Origin: Scyliorhinus canicula
Lineage: Eukaryota
Length of the DNA stretch: 64,000 bases
Assembly (NCBI RefSeq): GCF_902713615.1
Contig: NW_024055785.1
Span: 124,001-188,000 of the forward strand
Direction: 5' to 3'
Part shown: piece after piece, positions 25,041 through 37,030 of the stretch
How positions within the stretch are numbered: position 1 is the first letter of the stretch
How the letters are laid out: each line of letters starts with the position of its first letter
Translations under genes and position numbers: made by a program
Notes under the pieces: generated by a model
What the model was told of the DNA's origin: nothing
The model's database searches: none
The model's input: the letters and a program-made list of their open reading frames with translations, nothing else

Positions 25041-26009
25041 ATGGCGATTATTGGGACTTGGAACGCAACACTCACCAATCAGACTGGAAATGATAGCATT
25101 GGACATCCAACGGATAACGCCAATGAATCCAACTTCATGGTGCACCTGCGTGTGATTCCCCTTTTCCTCGTCCTGTGCATTGTTTTGGGAATCATTGGGA
25201 ATTCAATTGCTCTGTGGCACATCATACGGAAGAAGCAGTTTTCATCACCAACTGATGTCCTCCTGCTCGACCTAATCATCATGAACATCTTGATTATCCT
25301 GGCTTCCGGAATTGTCATATTGGAAATTGTACATTCATTCATTTCAGTACAGCTACTTGGTTTTATCGACGTTATCACCAACGTAATCAGTCTTTACGGC
25401 AACCCAGCCTTCATGACCTGCATTGCTGTTGACCAATACATCGCTATTGTCCACCCCATCATGTTTCATGCATGGAGAAAACCCCGATATTACGTTGTTC
25501 TGTCATTAACAGCTTGGCTGACATTTTTAACTCTGGGTGTTCTGATCTTTTTCCACCGGAAAGGCACATTGGACAACCCATTTTCATGCAGAGCTCATGT
25601 TTCAATCTGGGAGCGGAACCTGGTGCTTATTTTGTGTACCGAATTGGTTGTATTTTTCATCCCAATCCTAATCCTATTGACCTGCTATGCCCTGAGCGCA
25701 AAGAAACTTATTGAAGTTGGAGCTGGGAAGGAGTCCATGGAAATGATGAAGACGAAAGTGCTGAGAACCATTTTGGCGATTTTGGCTCTCCTGCTTTTAT
25801 GTTTTGCTCCATTTCACGTCATTGAACTTTCTTTTATTTTAAGGAATCTGCTGGATTCTAGGGGGGAAATTGTGAGGTGGTACATTTGTAACATTCGGCC
25901 GTATACCTGGGCTATCACTTCTCTTAACACCGTCCTGAATTCCCTGCTCTACATTTTCAGGTCACAAATGTTCCAATGGAAGACGGTTTGTTGTAGTGCA
26001 CACCAGTAA
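25041..26009 (+). CDS. Class A (rhodopsin-like) GPCR, P2Y/LPA-receptor-like delta group, 322 aa, uninterrupted ORF
   Basis: Seven hydrophobic segments and N-terminal NxT/S sites. TM1 GN, TM3 CIAVDQYIAIVHP, TM5 FFIP, TM6 CFAPFH, TM7 SLNTVLNSLLYIF. Acceptor-like tgttcgctag just upstream of the ATG. Confidence 0.9.
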   Translation: MAIIGTWNATLTNQTGNDSIGHPTDNANESNFMVHLRVIPLFLVLCIVLGIIGNSIALWHIIRKKQFSSPTDVLLLDLIIMNILIILASGIVILEIVHSFISVQLLGFIDVITNVISLYGNPAFMTCIAVDQYIAIVHPIMFHAWRKPRYYVVLSLTAWLTFLTLGVLIFFHRKGTLDNPFSCRAHVSIWERNLVLILCTELVVFFIPILILLTCYALSAKKLIEVGAGKESMEMMKTKVLRTILAILALLLLCFAPFHVIELSFILRNLLDSRGEIVRWYICNIRPYTWAITSLNTVLNSLLYIFRSQMFQWKTVCCSAHQ

Positions 26010-26091
26010 CACATAGAGTAGGGACCATCAGTACTCTCAACCGCATACCAGTAACACATAGAGTGGGGACCATCGGTACTCTCACCCACAC
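26002..26091 (+). repeat. 45-bp tandem repeat x2 overlapping the GPCR stop codon
   Basis: accagtaacacatagagtagggaccatcagtactctcaaccgcat / accagtaacacatagagtggggaccatcggtactctcacccacac. Confidence 0.8.
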
Positions 26092-28093
26092 CCCTTAACG
26101 CCACCATGACAGGAGTTAATGTTATTGGGCTACCAATCCAATGGCCCAGAGCAATGCTTTGAGGACACGATTTCCACTCCCATCATGGTTGACAGGAAGA
26201 ATTTAAAGTCAATTAATAAATAAATCTGAGCACAGAAGTGAGTCTCATTAATGGTGACATCTAACCTGTCAGATTGGAAGTTTTGAAAATGATCCAGTTC
26301 ATAGAACATAGAACAGTACAGCACAGAACAGGCCCTTCGGCCCTCAATGTTGTGCCGAGCAATGATCACCCTACTCAAACCCACGTATCCACCCTATACC
26401 CGTAACCCAACAACCCCCCCCCCCCTCCCCCCCCATTAACCTTACTTTTTTTAGGACACTACGGGCAATTTAGCATGGCCAATCCACCTAACCCGCACAT
26501 CTTTGGACTGTCACTTCTCTACTGTCGCTAATATCCTTTAAGGATAGAAACCTGTCACCCATACTGGGTCTGATCTCTATGTAACTCCAGACCCATAGCA
26601 ATGTTGTTGACTCTGAACTGCCTTTGGAAATTCCCAAACAAACCATTGAGTTGCAACAAACCCCTACAGAAAGTTCGAAAGGAATAAAGCCAGGTGGGCC
26701 ACTCGACATCAAAATAGTCACCGACAATTACAAAAGTACGCCTTCGCACAGCCGACCCCGCAATGTCTACCACTGTAAGGTCTGGGGGCTTGTGCCAAAA
26801 CTAGGAGAGGTGCCCCGCCGACCTTTCAAACAACAGAGTAATATAGCCACACCCATAAATCATGATTTGTAGACTCCTTTGCCAGCGTTTCTCCGTAGGT
26901 CTTATCCCACCCGCAAGTTAGAATGACCAGAGGCGGTCTGCTTTATACTGCAGATGTAAAATAAACCTCTTGCTGATTAAACCCCACTTGGAAGAACAAC
27001 TGAGGGAAGCAATGGGAAGTAATGTAATCTGGTTGTATCCTTCAATGTACATCGCCAGGAGTGACAGTGGCAGCATTACTGACAGAGATACCGGAGTCTT
27101 GAAGGATATATCTGCGAAGAAGGTGGTTACAGAACCAAAACGAGGGAAATACCTATTAGGCGCATCATTACTAATTTTCGGATTTCTGAATGTCGACGGA
27201 CAGCGATTGAGCACTGGGAGTAATTTTGATTACTATAGGGTTGCAGCGAGCTGGTGCAGAGTGGGATTCGTTTTGGAATGACACTGGGATATGTTGTGAG
27301 GTTGAAAGATATGGTTTCAGGGTCGATACAATTTTTTTAAATTTTCAACAGCCAAATCTTTTGTTTCTATTAAGGGCAATTTAGCGTGGCCAATCTTCGG
27401 GTTGTGGGGGTGAAACTCACGCAGGAAGGGGGAAAATGTATAAACTCCAAACAGGCAGTGGCCTAGAGCCGGGATCGAACCCGGGTCCTCAGCGACTTAG
27501 GCAGCAGTGCTAACCACTGTGCCACCGTGCCACCCAGTCTCGACGCAAAATTAGGGGAGACGGTCGCTGTGGATGTACTTTGGGACGATGTAAGGGCTGT
27601 TTGCAGCGAGGTGTTATTGCGGTTAGTTTGTGGTTCACAAGTTAATATTAAGCACCACCTGCAAGTTCACCTCCAGAAAATCCATCCTGACTCGTAACTA
27701 TGTTACCATTCATTCACTGTCGCTGGATCAGGTTCGCGGAACTCCCTCGTGAACAGCAATGTGGGTATATCAGCACCAGGTATACTGCAGAAGTTCAAGA
27801 AGGCAGCTCACCGTCATCTCCTCAAGGGAAATAGTGACATGCAATAAATGATGCCAAACAGAAAGGCCGTTATAGCTTGAAAAAATAAAGATAAAGATAA
27901 GGCAAAATCAGAGATGGGCCTCAGCTGGGTTGCAACGGCAAAAAACGGAAATTAATATTGAGTTAGGGCGAGAGATGGTAAATTGTGTCTGGGGTGCAGA
28001 ATTATAGTGAGATTAATAGAGGGTTGTGCTGTACAGTGATCAATGCGACTACATTGCATCAACAAAGAGCTCTGAGTCTATAATGAAAGGGAC

Positions 28094-28236
28094 AATGCTG
28101 GAAAATGTCAGCAAGTCTGGCAGCATCTGACAAAACTCTGACAACTTCAGCTTTGACAAAGAGTCATCAGACTCGAAACGTTAGCTCTTTTCTCTCCCTA
28201 CAGATGCTGCCAGACTTGCTGAGATTTTCCAGCATT
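28094..28236. repeat. 36-bp inverted repeat enclosing a degenerate hammerhead-like motif (Penelope-type pLTR remnant)
   Basis: 28094-28129 vs 28201-28236 match at 35/36. Inside: AGCT-TTGACAA-A-GAGTC(atca)GACTC-GAA-ACGT-T-AGCT (28149-28186). Confidence 0.6.
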
Positions 28237-29054
28237 TTCCCTTTGGTTTCAGGTTCCAGCATCCGCAGTAATTTGCTTTTATCTGAGTGTATAATATTGT
28301 GTGAGATTACTTCGGATTAACGCGCTCTTCAGATAGAGTGGGAAGTCAACTGCGAGTAGAATTAATACACAGCTATGGGATAGGGTGGTCACTGAGTCTA
28401 TCTTGTAAAACATATATGGATAGAGTGTAAGCCATTAGGATTAGAGTAGGAGTTGAGTCGTTTATTTTCTATTACCAGTTGGATGATCTTTTATATTCTC
28501 TCTGCAGCCACACCCATAAGGTCAAAGTGAATATTGCATTAATGTCACTTTTTCAAACAGTAATACAACTAAGTTGACACCATTGATATTAATCCTCATT
28601 GCCTGTTTGTTCTAGGCCTGTCGGCAGTTACTCGGAAATGTTGAATCAACCTTTGAATGTAGTATTTGTAATGATTAGATCGATTGTCAATAAAACCTGT
28701 ACTTTTATGTGTAACCGATGATGTCTCTCCGCTGTTCCCAAGCAAACTCGAAACAACTGAACCAAATCCCATGGGAACTAATTTCTGGCCTCGCAAATAC
28801 ATGCATCTACAATGTCTGCAGCCTCCACAATTTAGCAAAACGTTCAACATGTTTCAGAAGGCCGTTATGACGTTAAATTTAAAAATTGATTGCGGTGCCG
28901 GATACGAACCGTGTGGTCAATAGCTTAGGTTTTTTTTTAACTCTTAAAGGCGGTGGAGGCACGAGCAGAAGGCGGTAATTGCGCTCTCTCTCTCTCCCTC
29001 TCCCTCCCTCCCTGTCCCTCTCTCTCTCTCCCTCTCGCCTTGTCTCTCCCTTAC

Positions 29055-29645
29055 TGATACATGGATGGACCAGGGTTTAGAGAACCCCAAAGTGTATCAT
29101 GGAGTTCACGTGCCCCACAACTTTTAATAGCCTGTGTTCTGGGAGCACACGGCCCACTCTACAGTTGTGGTACAGCAGAAATCGAAAAGTATTTTTAAAG
29201 GAAAACAATGTTTATTCTATTAACTCAAATTAAACTTTTTAAAACATCCAGTGAACATCTTAGCAACCATTAATTCAAATCCAACCCCCAAAGAATACAA
29301 CACTAAGTTATCCTTAATAAATTCCCAAACAACATCCAGAAGACAAAAAGAAACACCTTTTAACAGAAGCACATCAGATTTAAATTCACTACTGAGAATA
29401 TTTATAATTCTGAATTCACCAAATGATCAAGAGATAGTCTTTTCGTGGCAGAGAGAACAGCAGTACACCTGCTTTGTCTGGGTTCTGCTTCAACACTGAA
29501 ACGAAACAAAAAAGTCACAGACATACCCAAGCTTTTCTCACAGTGAAACTAAAAAGCAGAGCCAGAGCTCAGCTCCACCCACACTCTGACATCACTGCAG
29601 TAACCTGAGCAGCCAGATATTTCTTATAGTAACATTCTCATGACA
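29055..29645 (-). mobile_element. Probable solo LTR
   Basis: Minus strand starts TGTCATGAG and ends ...TATCA; AATAAA at 29211-29216; ~590 bp non-coding. No clean TSD. Confidence 0.45.
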
Positions 29646-30402
29646 GCAGCTTGATGGATGATTTAAATATATAGACACATGGATAAAGAGCAAACGATTA
29701 ATTTAACGGAGTTATATAGATGTGCAGAATAAGACAGCTGAGAGTAATCGTGAATTATTAGCTTTTGAGATAGATAGATGCCAATAAATAATTGGGGGAG
29801 GAGCATGGAGGAAAGCGGTGAAACGGGGACAGATATAGACCGTACTTTAGCAGAAAAATATAGATTACACGAGAGATTGCTGGATACAATATGAGCGGAG
29901 AGATGCAGTGAGCTCATTATTACTTTTAGGATTCTAAATACCAAAGGTCGGAAAAAATGGTCAGCAGTAAAGCAACTTGTTTTGAATATTGATATTTGGT
30001 TTCCATGGACGAGCAATGCTTGTTTGCAGTTTGTGTTTACGCTATGGAAATGCAGAGCGCATGTAAAACTCAGAGTAAACTGACAGCTGATATCATGGAG
30101 ACTGGGCCCACTGCACCACCCGGTCCGCTGACGGGGGGGGGGGGGGGGGGGAGCTTTATCTTACCTGTCATGGGATGCATTTTTCTGCCCCTCATGGTCA
30201 AAATACAGTAGGCTCCCGGGGAATTAAAACGTGTCATGCTCCTTTTCTGTGCAGCACTGCGAAAAACAGCGGACACATTTTCTCACTTCCGGAACTCCAC
30301 GGGAACATTCATTGGCGAGCCTCAATTTTACCGCAAAACGTGAAACCGTCAGTCACGATTGGCTCACGCAACATGACAGATGGTGAGAATCTACAGCCTG
30401 AT

Positions 30403-30416
30403 GCGCCACCTGCTGG
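30403..30416 (-). promoter_or_regulatory. CTCF-like motif
   Basis: CCAGCAGGTGGCGC on the minus strand. Confidence 0.5.
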
Positions 30417-32375
30417 TTGGCTTCAATGAATCTCCTTGAAAATTATGTCACAGAAACCGGTAACGGGAAGAGTTGTCCCGGGGCCTTTCTCAGTATGTTG
30501 ACCTCAGCACGCAGTGATAGACCGCGTGGTCAGTGTACTGCTGATCTTTCACAGTGAAAATGGTGATATTCCTGGGTGTATTCCGAATGACAAGGAAACG
30601 AATCGTAACTTCATTCTTTCCACAGGAATGCACATGAAATCCGACAGTGGGATACGTGTTCTAGTTCTGACGATAAAGTTGGAGATTTAATAGATACATT
30701 TATCCTCTGCGATATTGGGGATAACCCGAAGGAATGTCCTTAAATCACTAGATGGATGGACGGATTTTAATTATATATTATAATGTTAATATTTTTCTTG
30801 TATTAACAGCTGTCCTTGTCACTGGGAGTCACAGGGGCTGGTTTAGCACAATGGGCTAAATAGCTGCCTTGTAAAGCAACCAAAGCCAGCAGCGCGGATT
30901 CAATTCCAGTACCAGCCTCCCCGAAAAGGCGCCGGAATGTGGCGACTAGGGGCTATTCACAGTCACTTCATTTGAAGCCTACTTGTGGCAATAAGCGATT
31001 TTCATTTCATTTCAGCTGCGGTGGTATCCCGGAACTTCTGAACAAACCATTTCTCCTCAACCCAACGCTTTATTCGATAGAAATTAATTCGTATTTAATT
31101 ACAGGCAACTCCAGTCAAACTCCTGTGGAAAGAATGAATCTGGTCACCAGATGGAGGAGGTATACAAATATTTAAATATCTGTGGACGTTGAGAAAGGTT
31201 CCACCACCCTCACAGTGGAGGTGTAAATTTACCCTGGAACTGTCCACTGGATTCCCATCCACTGGATTTTCCGTGTTCACAGTCAGGGTGATGAGGGATA
31301 AACATTGGCCAGGACTGCGGGGAGAAGTCCCCGCCTCTTCTTTCAGATAACCTAATGGCATCTTTCACATTCTGGAGCCAAAAACCCTTTTCTGTCTCTT
31401 CTTTCCCGGCTGAATAAGAAAGGAAGAATTTCACCAGACCTGCGCTCAGACTTGGGTTCCCGTCTCCCTGGGTCGCTTTTCCTCTTCCTCTGTCAGAAGC
31501 CACTGAACTGCGATGAGATTGCAACGATTGATATTCTGCTTCATTCAGCTTCACAATTGGAATTGTCGTGTGGAGTAACGGGTAACATGTGCACTTTAAG
31601 AAGAAATGAGCCCCAGTTCCAAACTCTCCAGTCGGCAACATGGAGCGGAAATTTTCCTGGAGTTTATGTCCACAAATGCTGACCTGCGGAAGTTTTGTTT
31701 TCAATATTTTCATCTGGCGTCCGAGATGTCTCAGCTGCTTTGCATGAAATATAAGTTACATTCTGCTTGACGCGGGGCGTTAAACATGGGCTCGTTCATC
31801 TAGAGATGTGGTTCTCACATGCGAATTTTCAGTCAAGGAGCACGCGAACGGTCAAGGTCTCAAATGCAGGACGCGCCCTTTACTCCAGGTTAGATGTTAT
31901 GAATTGTTTGCTCTACTTGTTCTTTTTGTCCGGGCGGCATTTATTCATCAATCTGCCATTGACGGCTCCTCCAGACATATCTTTCGTTGCTTCCATTGCT
32001 CTGACAGAGAGCTGGCACAGACACGGCGGCCGGAATGGCCTCATACTGTGGTGTCATTATTCTCTAATTTGACGCTAACCGAACTCTGTGGCAACGGACC
32101 CAATGCCTCTTCTCATTTAATCTCTCCTGACTTGCCCCCATTAGAGCCCTTTCCTGTTGTTCTGTTTCCTCCCTCCGGTAATTCACTTGGTTAAGCCGTC
32201 CTACATTTCTAACCTGTCCCGGTTTTAATGAAAGGTGATGGTGAAAGACGAACTTTGTTGTCCTGTCGACAAATGCCGCCTGACTCCCTGAGTTGTTGCA
32301 GTAATTTTGGCGTTCTCCGCAGATGTTAGATCGACTTTCGATGGCAATGACAGTATGCTTCTGCGCTTTTTGAAG

Positions 32376-32465
32376 GGCTCGTTGGTCTAGGGGTATGATT
32401 CGCGCTTTGGGTGTGTCGCTGTCGGAATTTGCGAGAGGTCCCGGGTTCAAATCCCGTACGAGCCC
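32376..32465 (+). tRNA. tRNA-Pro-TGG: tRNA-Pro(TGG) with 18-nt intron (32412-32429); 2 substitutions
   Basis: GGCTCGTTGGTCTAGGGGTATGATT...TTTGGG[intron]TGCGAGAGGTCCCGGGTTCAAATCCCG; anticodon 32408-32410; TTTT downstream. Confidence 0.75.
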
Positions 32466-33463
32466 TTCGATGAGGTTTTCCGTTGGTCAAACCGCATGTT
32501 TTCTTTGCGGCGGAGACGGCGGGATTCATTCACATTGTGCTTGCTTTGAGAAACTGAGCTCAAACTGAATGGAACCAATACGTTCCCGAGAAGTTTGTCT
32601 ATGTGTGGGCATTCACATCTCTATTGACTAATTCTGGTGGACTCAGACAGCTCTCTGTCCCTTTCATTTTATCAGTTCAACAACTTCAGACTGTGAACTC
32701 TCACTTCCCCCTCCACCACCTGTTTATTTCCATCAACTTATTTTCATTCCTTCCATTGATATGTTTTACCCTCAGCATTGCCCCCCTATCCCCAGCCCAT
32801 ACCATCCTACTTGATCAATCAGATCCCTGTTTGTAATTGTTCTCTGACGCACTGCTTACCTTTCTTCTGCCATGAACACATTCTGACCTCTTAATGCGCC
32901 ATCAGCACCTTTCTTAGCCTTGATTAGCCTCATTTACATTCCCTTTTTCTTTCTGCCCGAGACATTTTCGTCATTTTCCATCTGTTGCTGACACTCTATC
33001 GAGGCCCAATAGGGCACGTCACCCCCGCCCCAGCCACAATAGTGTGAATCTGACCCTATTTCCAGTTCTCCAGCTTTGACAAAGAGTCACGCAGACTCGG
33101 AACGACAGCTGCCATCTGGCTTCAGAGAGGCTGTCAGATCTGCTGAGATGGTCCAGTATTTTCTGTTTTTGTTTCAGATTGAAGCATCCGCAGTAAGTTG
33201 CATTTGTCGTTCATGTAGACATGTTTGCGATGATGAATAAATATGTTCATCTGCATTTGTAAATGCATGAAATTCTGTCGTGGATGAACGAGCTCCGAAT
33301 ATCTAAAATAGGAAGATCCTTTTCTTCTCATTGCCTGCCGCAAATTCGGTACTTGTGATTTTAGTGGCTCATGAGAGACGAAACCTCATAATCCTCGAAC
33401 ATACGAGATCGGGGAACAAACGTACTTTGTGCAAACAGTCCTCACAACATGGGAAGCACTTAA

Positions 33464-33536
33464 TGTTTCTACCCGGTACCAACTCGGGGACCTTTCGTGT
33501 GTAAGGGGAATGTGCTAACCACTACACTACAGAAAC
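33464..33536 (-). pseudogene. Degenerate tRNA-Val (TAC anticodon, broken T-arm)
   Basis: GTTTCTGTAGTGTAGTGGTTAGCACATTCCCCTTACACACGAAAGGTCCCCGAGTTGGTACC. Confidence 0.7.
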
Positions 33537-33622
33537 CGCTGGCAGTGCAGCAATCAATGGACTTGTGCAATGTTCAACCTCACTGTGTTGCTGTAGCACC
33601 TCATGGTTCGGCTGAGAGGCCA

Positions 33623-33693
33623 TGTCAGCCCGGTTTCGAACAGCGGATTTTTCTCGTGCTAGGCAAATGCGATAACGACTTCACTACAGAAAC
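33623..33693 (-). pseudogene. Highly degenerate tRNA-Val remnant
   Basis: GTTTCTGTAGTGAAGTCGTTATCGCATTTGCC...TTCGAAACCGGGC. Confidence 0.55.
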
Positions 33694-34682
33694 CGCTGGG
33701 AACGTCGATATCAGTGGACGTGTGTAATGTTCAACCACAATGTGTTGCTGCAGATTCTAATGGTTCCGCTGAGAGGTCATGTAACTTATTGCAAGAAGGC
33801 GTTTCTTTAAAACTGATGTCTCATGTCTTAAAAAGTAAGGTTAAGGGGGGGTTGTTGGGTTACGGGTATAGGGTTACGGGTATAGGGTGGATACGTGGGT
33901 TTGAGTAGGGTGAGCATTGCTCGGCACAACATTGAGGGCCGAAGGGCCTGTTCTGTGCTGTACTGTTCTATGTTCTAAATAGCAAGCGACAGGAGTGCCT
34001 GCCACCAGCTTGTGGATGGAGCGAAGGTGTTTTCCAAAGCGGTCACCGAGTCGGTATTTAGTTTGTACTCAAAAGGACAGACACAAACGATACTGTAACT
34101 GACTTAGAGGAAATGCCAGAGACTTGAGTGAAACACCTTTTGGAAAGTAAAAGCGCTCTTCCTGATGGAGAAACAGGAAAACTCAGTGTGGGAATCCAGA
34201 CTCAATGTTGATTTGCAATTACCCCTCCTTTCTGAAACATGAAGGGTATTTAGGCTGCAGCATGTTGCACACCAAAGCACAAAGAGGTCAAATATAAGAA
34301 ACACATAATTGTCAATTCCAGCCAGATTGAAGGATGTCTTATAGTAATGTGTACTCAAAACACATAATTATCAATTCTTAAACTCAACTCAAGCATTGAA
34401 TAAGGAAACAAATGTTGTTTAAAGTCGGTTGCTTTTTTCTCTAGGATTTAAGAATGCTGCATTAATAGTAGAAGAGAGCATTTCGCCGTTAGTGATTTGC
34501 TGAACAAATGCTTCAGTTCAATATAGGTTCTTCTTCTGGCTTGTAAGTTTAGACATCTGGTTTGAAGAAACAGACGTATTCTTATAAGAAGCGACATGGC
34601 CTCTCAGCCGAACTATGCGAAGCTGCAACAAGGCAGCTGAATTGAAGGTGACACAGGTCCGTTGGCGTCTGCGATGCCAGCT

Positions 34683-34759
34683 GTTTCTGTGGTTTAGTGG
34701 TTATCACATTCGCTTTACACGCGCGCGAATGGTCCCAGGTTCGAAACCGGGCAGAAACA
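34683..34759 (+). pseudogene. tRNA-Val-like (TAC) with 4-nt GCGC insertion in the anticodon stem
   Basis: gtttctgtggtttagtggttatcacattcgctttacacgcgcgcgaatggtcccaggttcgaaaccgggcagaaaca. Confidence 0.65.
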
Positions 34760-34853
34760 TCTGGTGCTTCCAGTTTAGTCTGTTGCTAAATATTACCTCA
34801 GTCTCGTAACTGGTCTTCATCATCGAGGAATAGCAAAAGCCTATAACTGCTGT

Positions 34854-34926
34854 GGGCCAGTGGCGCAATGGATAACGCGTCTGACTACGAATCAGGAGAT
34901 TCCAGGTTCGACTCCTGGCTGGCTCG
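34854..34926 (+). tRNA. tRNA-Arg-ACG: tRNA-Arg(ACG)
   Basis: GGGCCAGTGGCGCAATGGATAACGCGTCTGACTACGAATCAGGAGATTCCAGGTTCGACTCCTGGCTGGCTCG. Two differences from the canonical vertebrate sequence as recalled. Confidence 0.8.
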
Positions 34927-35127
34927 CAGTTCCGAGTTTTGGCGTCCTCTTTAGTTCAGTGGGTTGGACAGCTGGATCCCGATGCAGAGCAAAGTGAGCA
35001 GGGCATCATCAATTCTCGTATCAGCTGTGGTTACTCATAAAAGCCCTGCCCTCTCTTTGTAACTTCAAGCAAAACATAACTTATCTTCAGTTCAGCAAAA
35101 TTCAATATCTGATGCTTCGGTAAGTTG

Positions 35128-35186
35128 AGTGGTTATCACATTCGCCTCACACGCGAAAGGTCCCCTTTCGAAATCGGGCAGAAACA
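35128..35186 (+). pseudogene. 5'-truncated tRNA-Val(CAC)
   Basis: agtggttatcacattcgcctcacacgcgaaaggtcccctttcgaaatcgggcagaaaca; acceptor 5' strand missing. Confidence 0.65.
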
Positions 35187-35405
35187 TCGAACATTTAGCA
35201 TTTCGTGAGAGAAAAGTTTGCCCAATTATTGGGCACAAAATAATTATGTTTCCTGAATGTTGCCGGACTCTCGTGTGTTCCAGGACTATGAGATTTCGTC
35301 TCACATGAGCCACTAAACTGAATTGAACATTAAGGCCCAAGCACTGAATTTTCGGCAGGCAATGAGAGGTGAAGACTTTTCATCTCTTGGCACAACTCGG
35401 ATATT

Positions 35406-37030
35406 AAGAACATAAGAACTAGGAGCAGGAGAAGGCCATCTGGCCCCTCGAGCCTGCTCCGCCATTCAATTAGATCATGGCTGATCTTTTGTGGACTCAG
35501 CTCCACTTTCTGGCCCGAACACCATAACCCTTAATCCCTTTATTCTTCAAAAAACTATCTATCTTTACCTTAAAAACATGTAATGAAGGAGCCTCAACTG
35601 CTTCACTGGGCAAGGAATTCCATAGATTCACAACCCTTTGGGTGAAGAAGTTCCTCCTAAACTCAGTTCTAAATCTACTTTCCCTTATTTTGAGGCTATT
35701 CCCCCTAGTTCTGCTGTCACCCGCCAGTGGAAACAACCTGCCTGCATCTATCCTATCTATTCCCTTCATAATTTTAAATGTTTCTATAAGATCCCCCCTC
35801 ATCCTTCTAAATTCCAACGAGTACAGTCCCAGTCTACTCAACCTCTCCTCATAATCCAACCCCTTCAGCTCTGGGATTAACCTAGTTAATCTCCTCTGCA
35901 CACCCTCCAGCGCCAGTACGTCCTTTCTCAAGTAAGGAGACCAAAACTGAACACAATACTCCAGGTGTGGCCGCACTAACACCTTATACAATTGCAACAT
36001 AACCTCCCTAGTCTTAAACTCCATCCCTCTAGCAATGAAGGACAAAATTCCATTTGCCTTCTTAATCACCTGTTGCACTTGTAAACCAACCTTCTGTGAC
36101 TCATGCTCTAGCACACCCAAGTCTCTCTGAACAGCGGCATGCTTTAATATTTTATCGTTTAAATAATAATCCCGTTTGCTGTTATTCCTACCAAAATGGA
36201 TAACCTCACATTTGTCAACATTGTATTCCATCTGCCAGACCCGAGCCCATTCACTTAACCTATCCAAATCCCTCTGCAGACTTCCAGTATCCTCTGCACT
36301 TTTCGCTTTACCACTCATCTTAGTGTCATCTGCAAACTTGGACACATTGCCCTTGGTCCCCAACTCCAAATCATCAATGTAAATTGTGAACAATTGTGGG
36401 CCCAACACGGATCCCTGAGGGACACCACTAGCTACTGATTGCCAACCAGAGAAACACCCATTTATCCCAACTCTTTGCTTTCTATTAATTAACCAATCCT
36501 CTATCCATGCTACTACTTTACCCTTAATGCCATGCATCTTTATCTTATGCAGCAACCTTTTGTGCGGCACCTTGTCAAAGGCTTTCTGGAAATCCAGATA
36601 TACCACATCCATCGGCTCCCCGTTATCTACTGCACTGGTAATGTCCTCAAAAAATTCCACTAAATTAGTTAGGCACGACCTGCCTTTTACGAACCCATGC
36701 TGCGTCTGCCCAATGGGACAATTTCTATCCAGATGCCTCGCAATTTCTTCCTTGATGATAGATTCCAGCATCTTCCATATTACCGAAGTTAAACTCACTG
36801 GCCTATAATTTCCTGCTTTCTGCCTACCTCCTTTTTTAAACAGTGGTGTCACGTTTGCTAATTTCCAATCCACCGGGACCACCCCAGAGTCTAGTGAATT
36901 TCGGTAAATTATCACTAGTGCATCTGCAATTTCCCTAGCCATCTCTTTTAGCACTCTGGGATGCATTCCATCAGGGCCAGGAGACTTGTCTACCTTTAGC
37001 CCCATTAGCTTGCCCATCACTCCCTCCTTA
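35406..37030 (-). mobile_element. Young 5'-truncated CR1 LINE with uninterrupted RT C-terminal ORF
   Basis: ORF 35497..37047 (516 aa, no stops): YRPVSLTS, DFQKAFDKV, GVPQGSVLGP, FADDT. (AAGAACAT)n tail. Splits the cassette sequence ctcggatatt|agcagctag. Confidence 0.95.

Larger units (their letters stand above)
31900..33700 (-). repeat. Inverted, more diverged copy of the tRNA-Val/tRNA-Pro cassette
   Basis: Reverse complement of ~37050-38430 and of the Val 3' flank at ~35200-35400 (e.g. ggccggaatggcctcatactgtggtgtcattattctc). Confidence 0.8.

Noticed and set aside
30134-30152. Poly-G run, and C/CA runs at ~45064-45097 and ~18828-18844
   Set aside because: Simple homopolymers or microsatellites with no further structure; lengths are error-prone.
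31210-31713. 167-aa minus-strand ORF
   Set aside because: No recognisable domain or motif; would need BLAST or RNA evidence.
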